Source: Octopus vulgaris (lineage: Eukaryota). From it: a DNA stretch of 64,000 nucleotides. The translations under genes were made by a program, and so were the position numbers. Where the stretch lies: assembly GCA_951406725.2 (NCBI GenBank), contig OX597817.1, positions 34,534,001 through 34,598,000 on the forward strand, read 5' to 3'. Each line of letters begins with the position of its first letter. Within the stretch, counting starts at the first letter, position 1. The notes beneath the pieces are model-generated. The model ran no database searches. It had not been told where the DNA came from and saw only the letters and a list, made by a program, of their open reading frames with translations. Below are positions 63,868-64,000 of this stretch, piece after piece.

Positions 63868-64000
63868 CACCCCTATCTCTTTTTCTCCTTCTCCGATGTA
63901 ATGATGACCTACGGGTTACATTATATTTGTCGTGATAAGATTATTTGAGTTATTTAAGAATCAAGAATCTTGTAAGAAGTGGCTCACGGAAATAAATTCC

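Overview
AT-rich, gene-poor animal DNA, almost certainly from an octopus or other coleoid cephalopod (inferred from the tRNA-derived SINE families and the very high microsatellite density). I found no confidently identifiable host protein-coding gene, and most listed ORFs are microsatellite or SINE artefacts. The window is a mosaic of several SINE families, decayed LINEs (RTE, Dong/R4), one internally deleted Gypsy LTR element, hAT, Tc1/mariner, Tigger-like and Helitron remnants, and long simple repeats. The most interesting layer is a set of small non-coding elements sitting in (TA)n tracts that carry hammerhead-ribozyme (HHR) motifs, like Penelope-like elements or retrozymes. About nine are ordinary minimal type-I HHRs, some degenerate. 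Three (31.7, 35.9 and 59.7 kb) carry the three HHR core strands in an order that is not type I, II or III (UH strand, then GAAA strand, then CUGANGA strand). Their stems I and III covary between copies, and two of them have a clear kink-turn, so they are a candidate pseudoknotted, k-turn-assisted hammerhead architecture. All RNA structures were paired by eye; no folding or database search was run.
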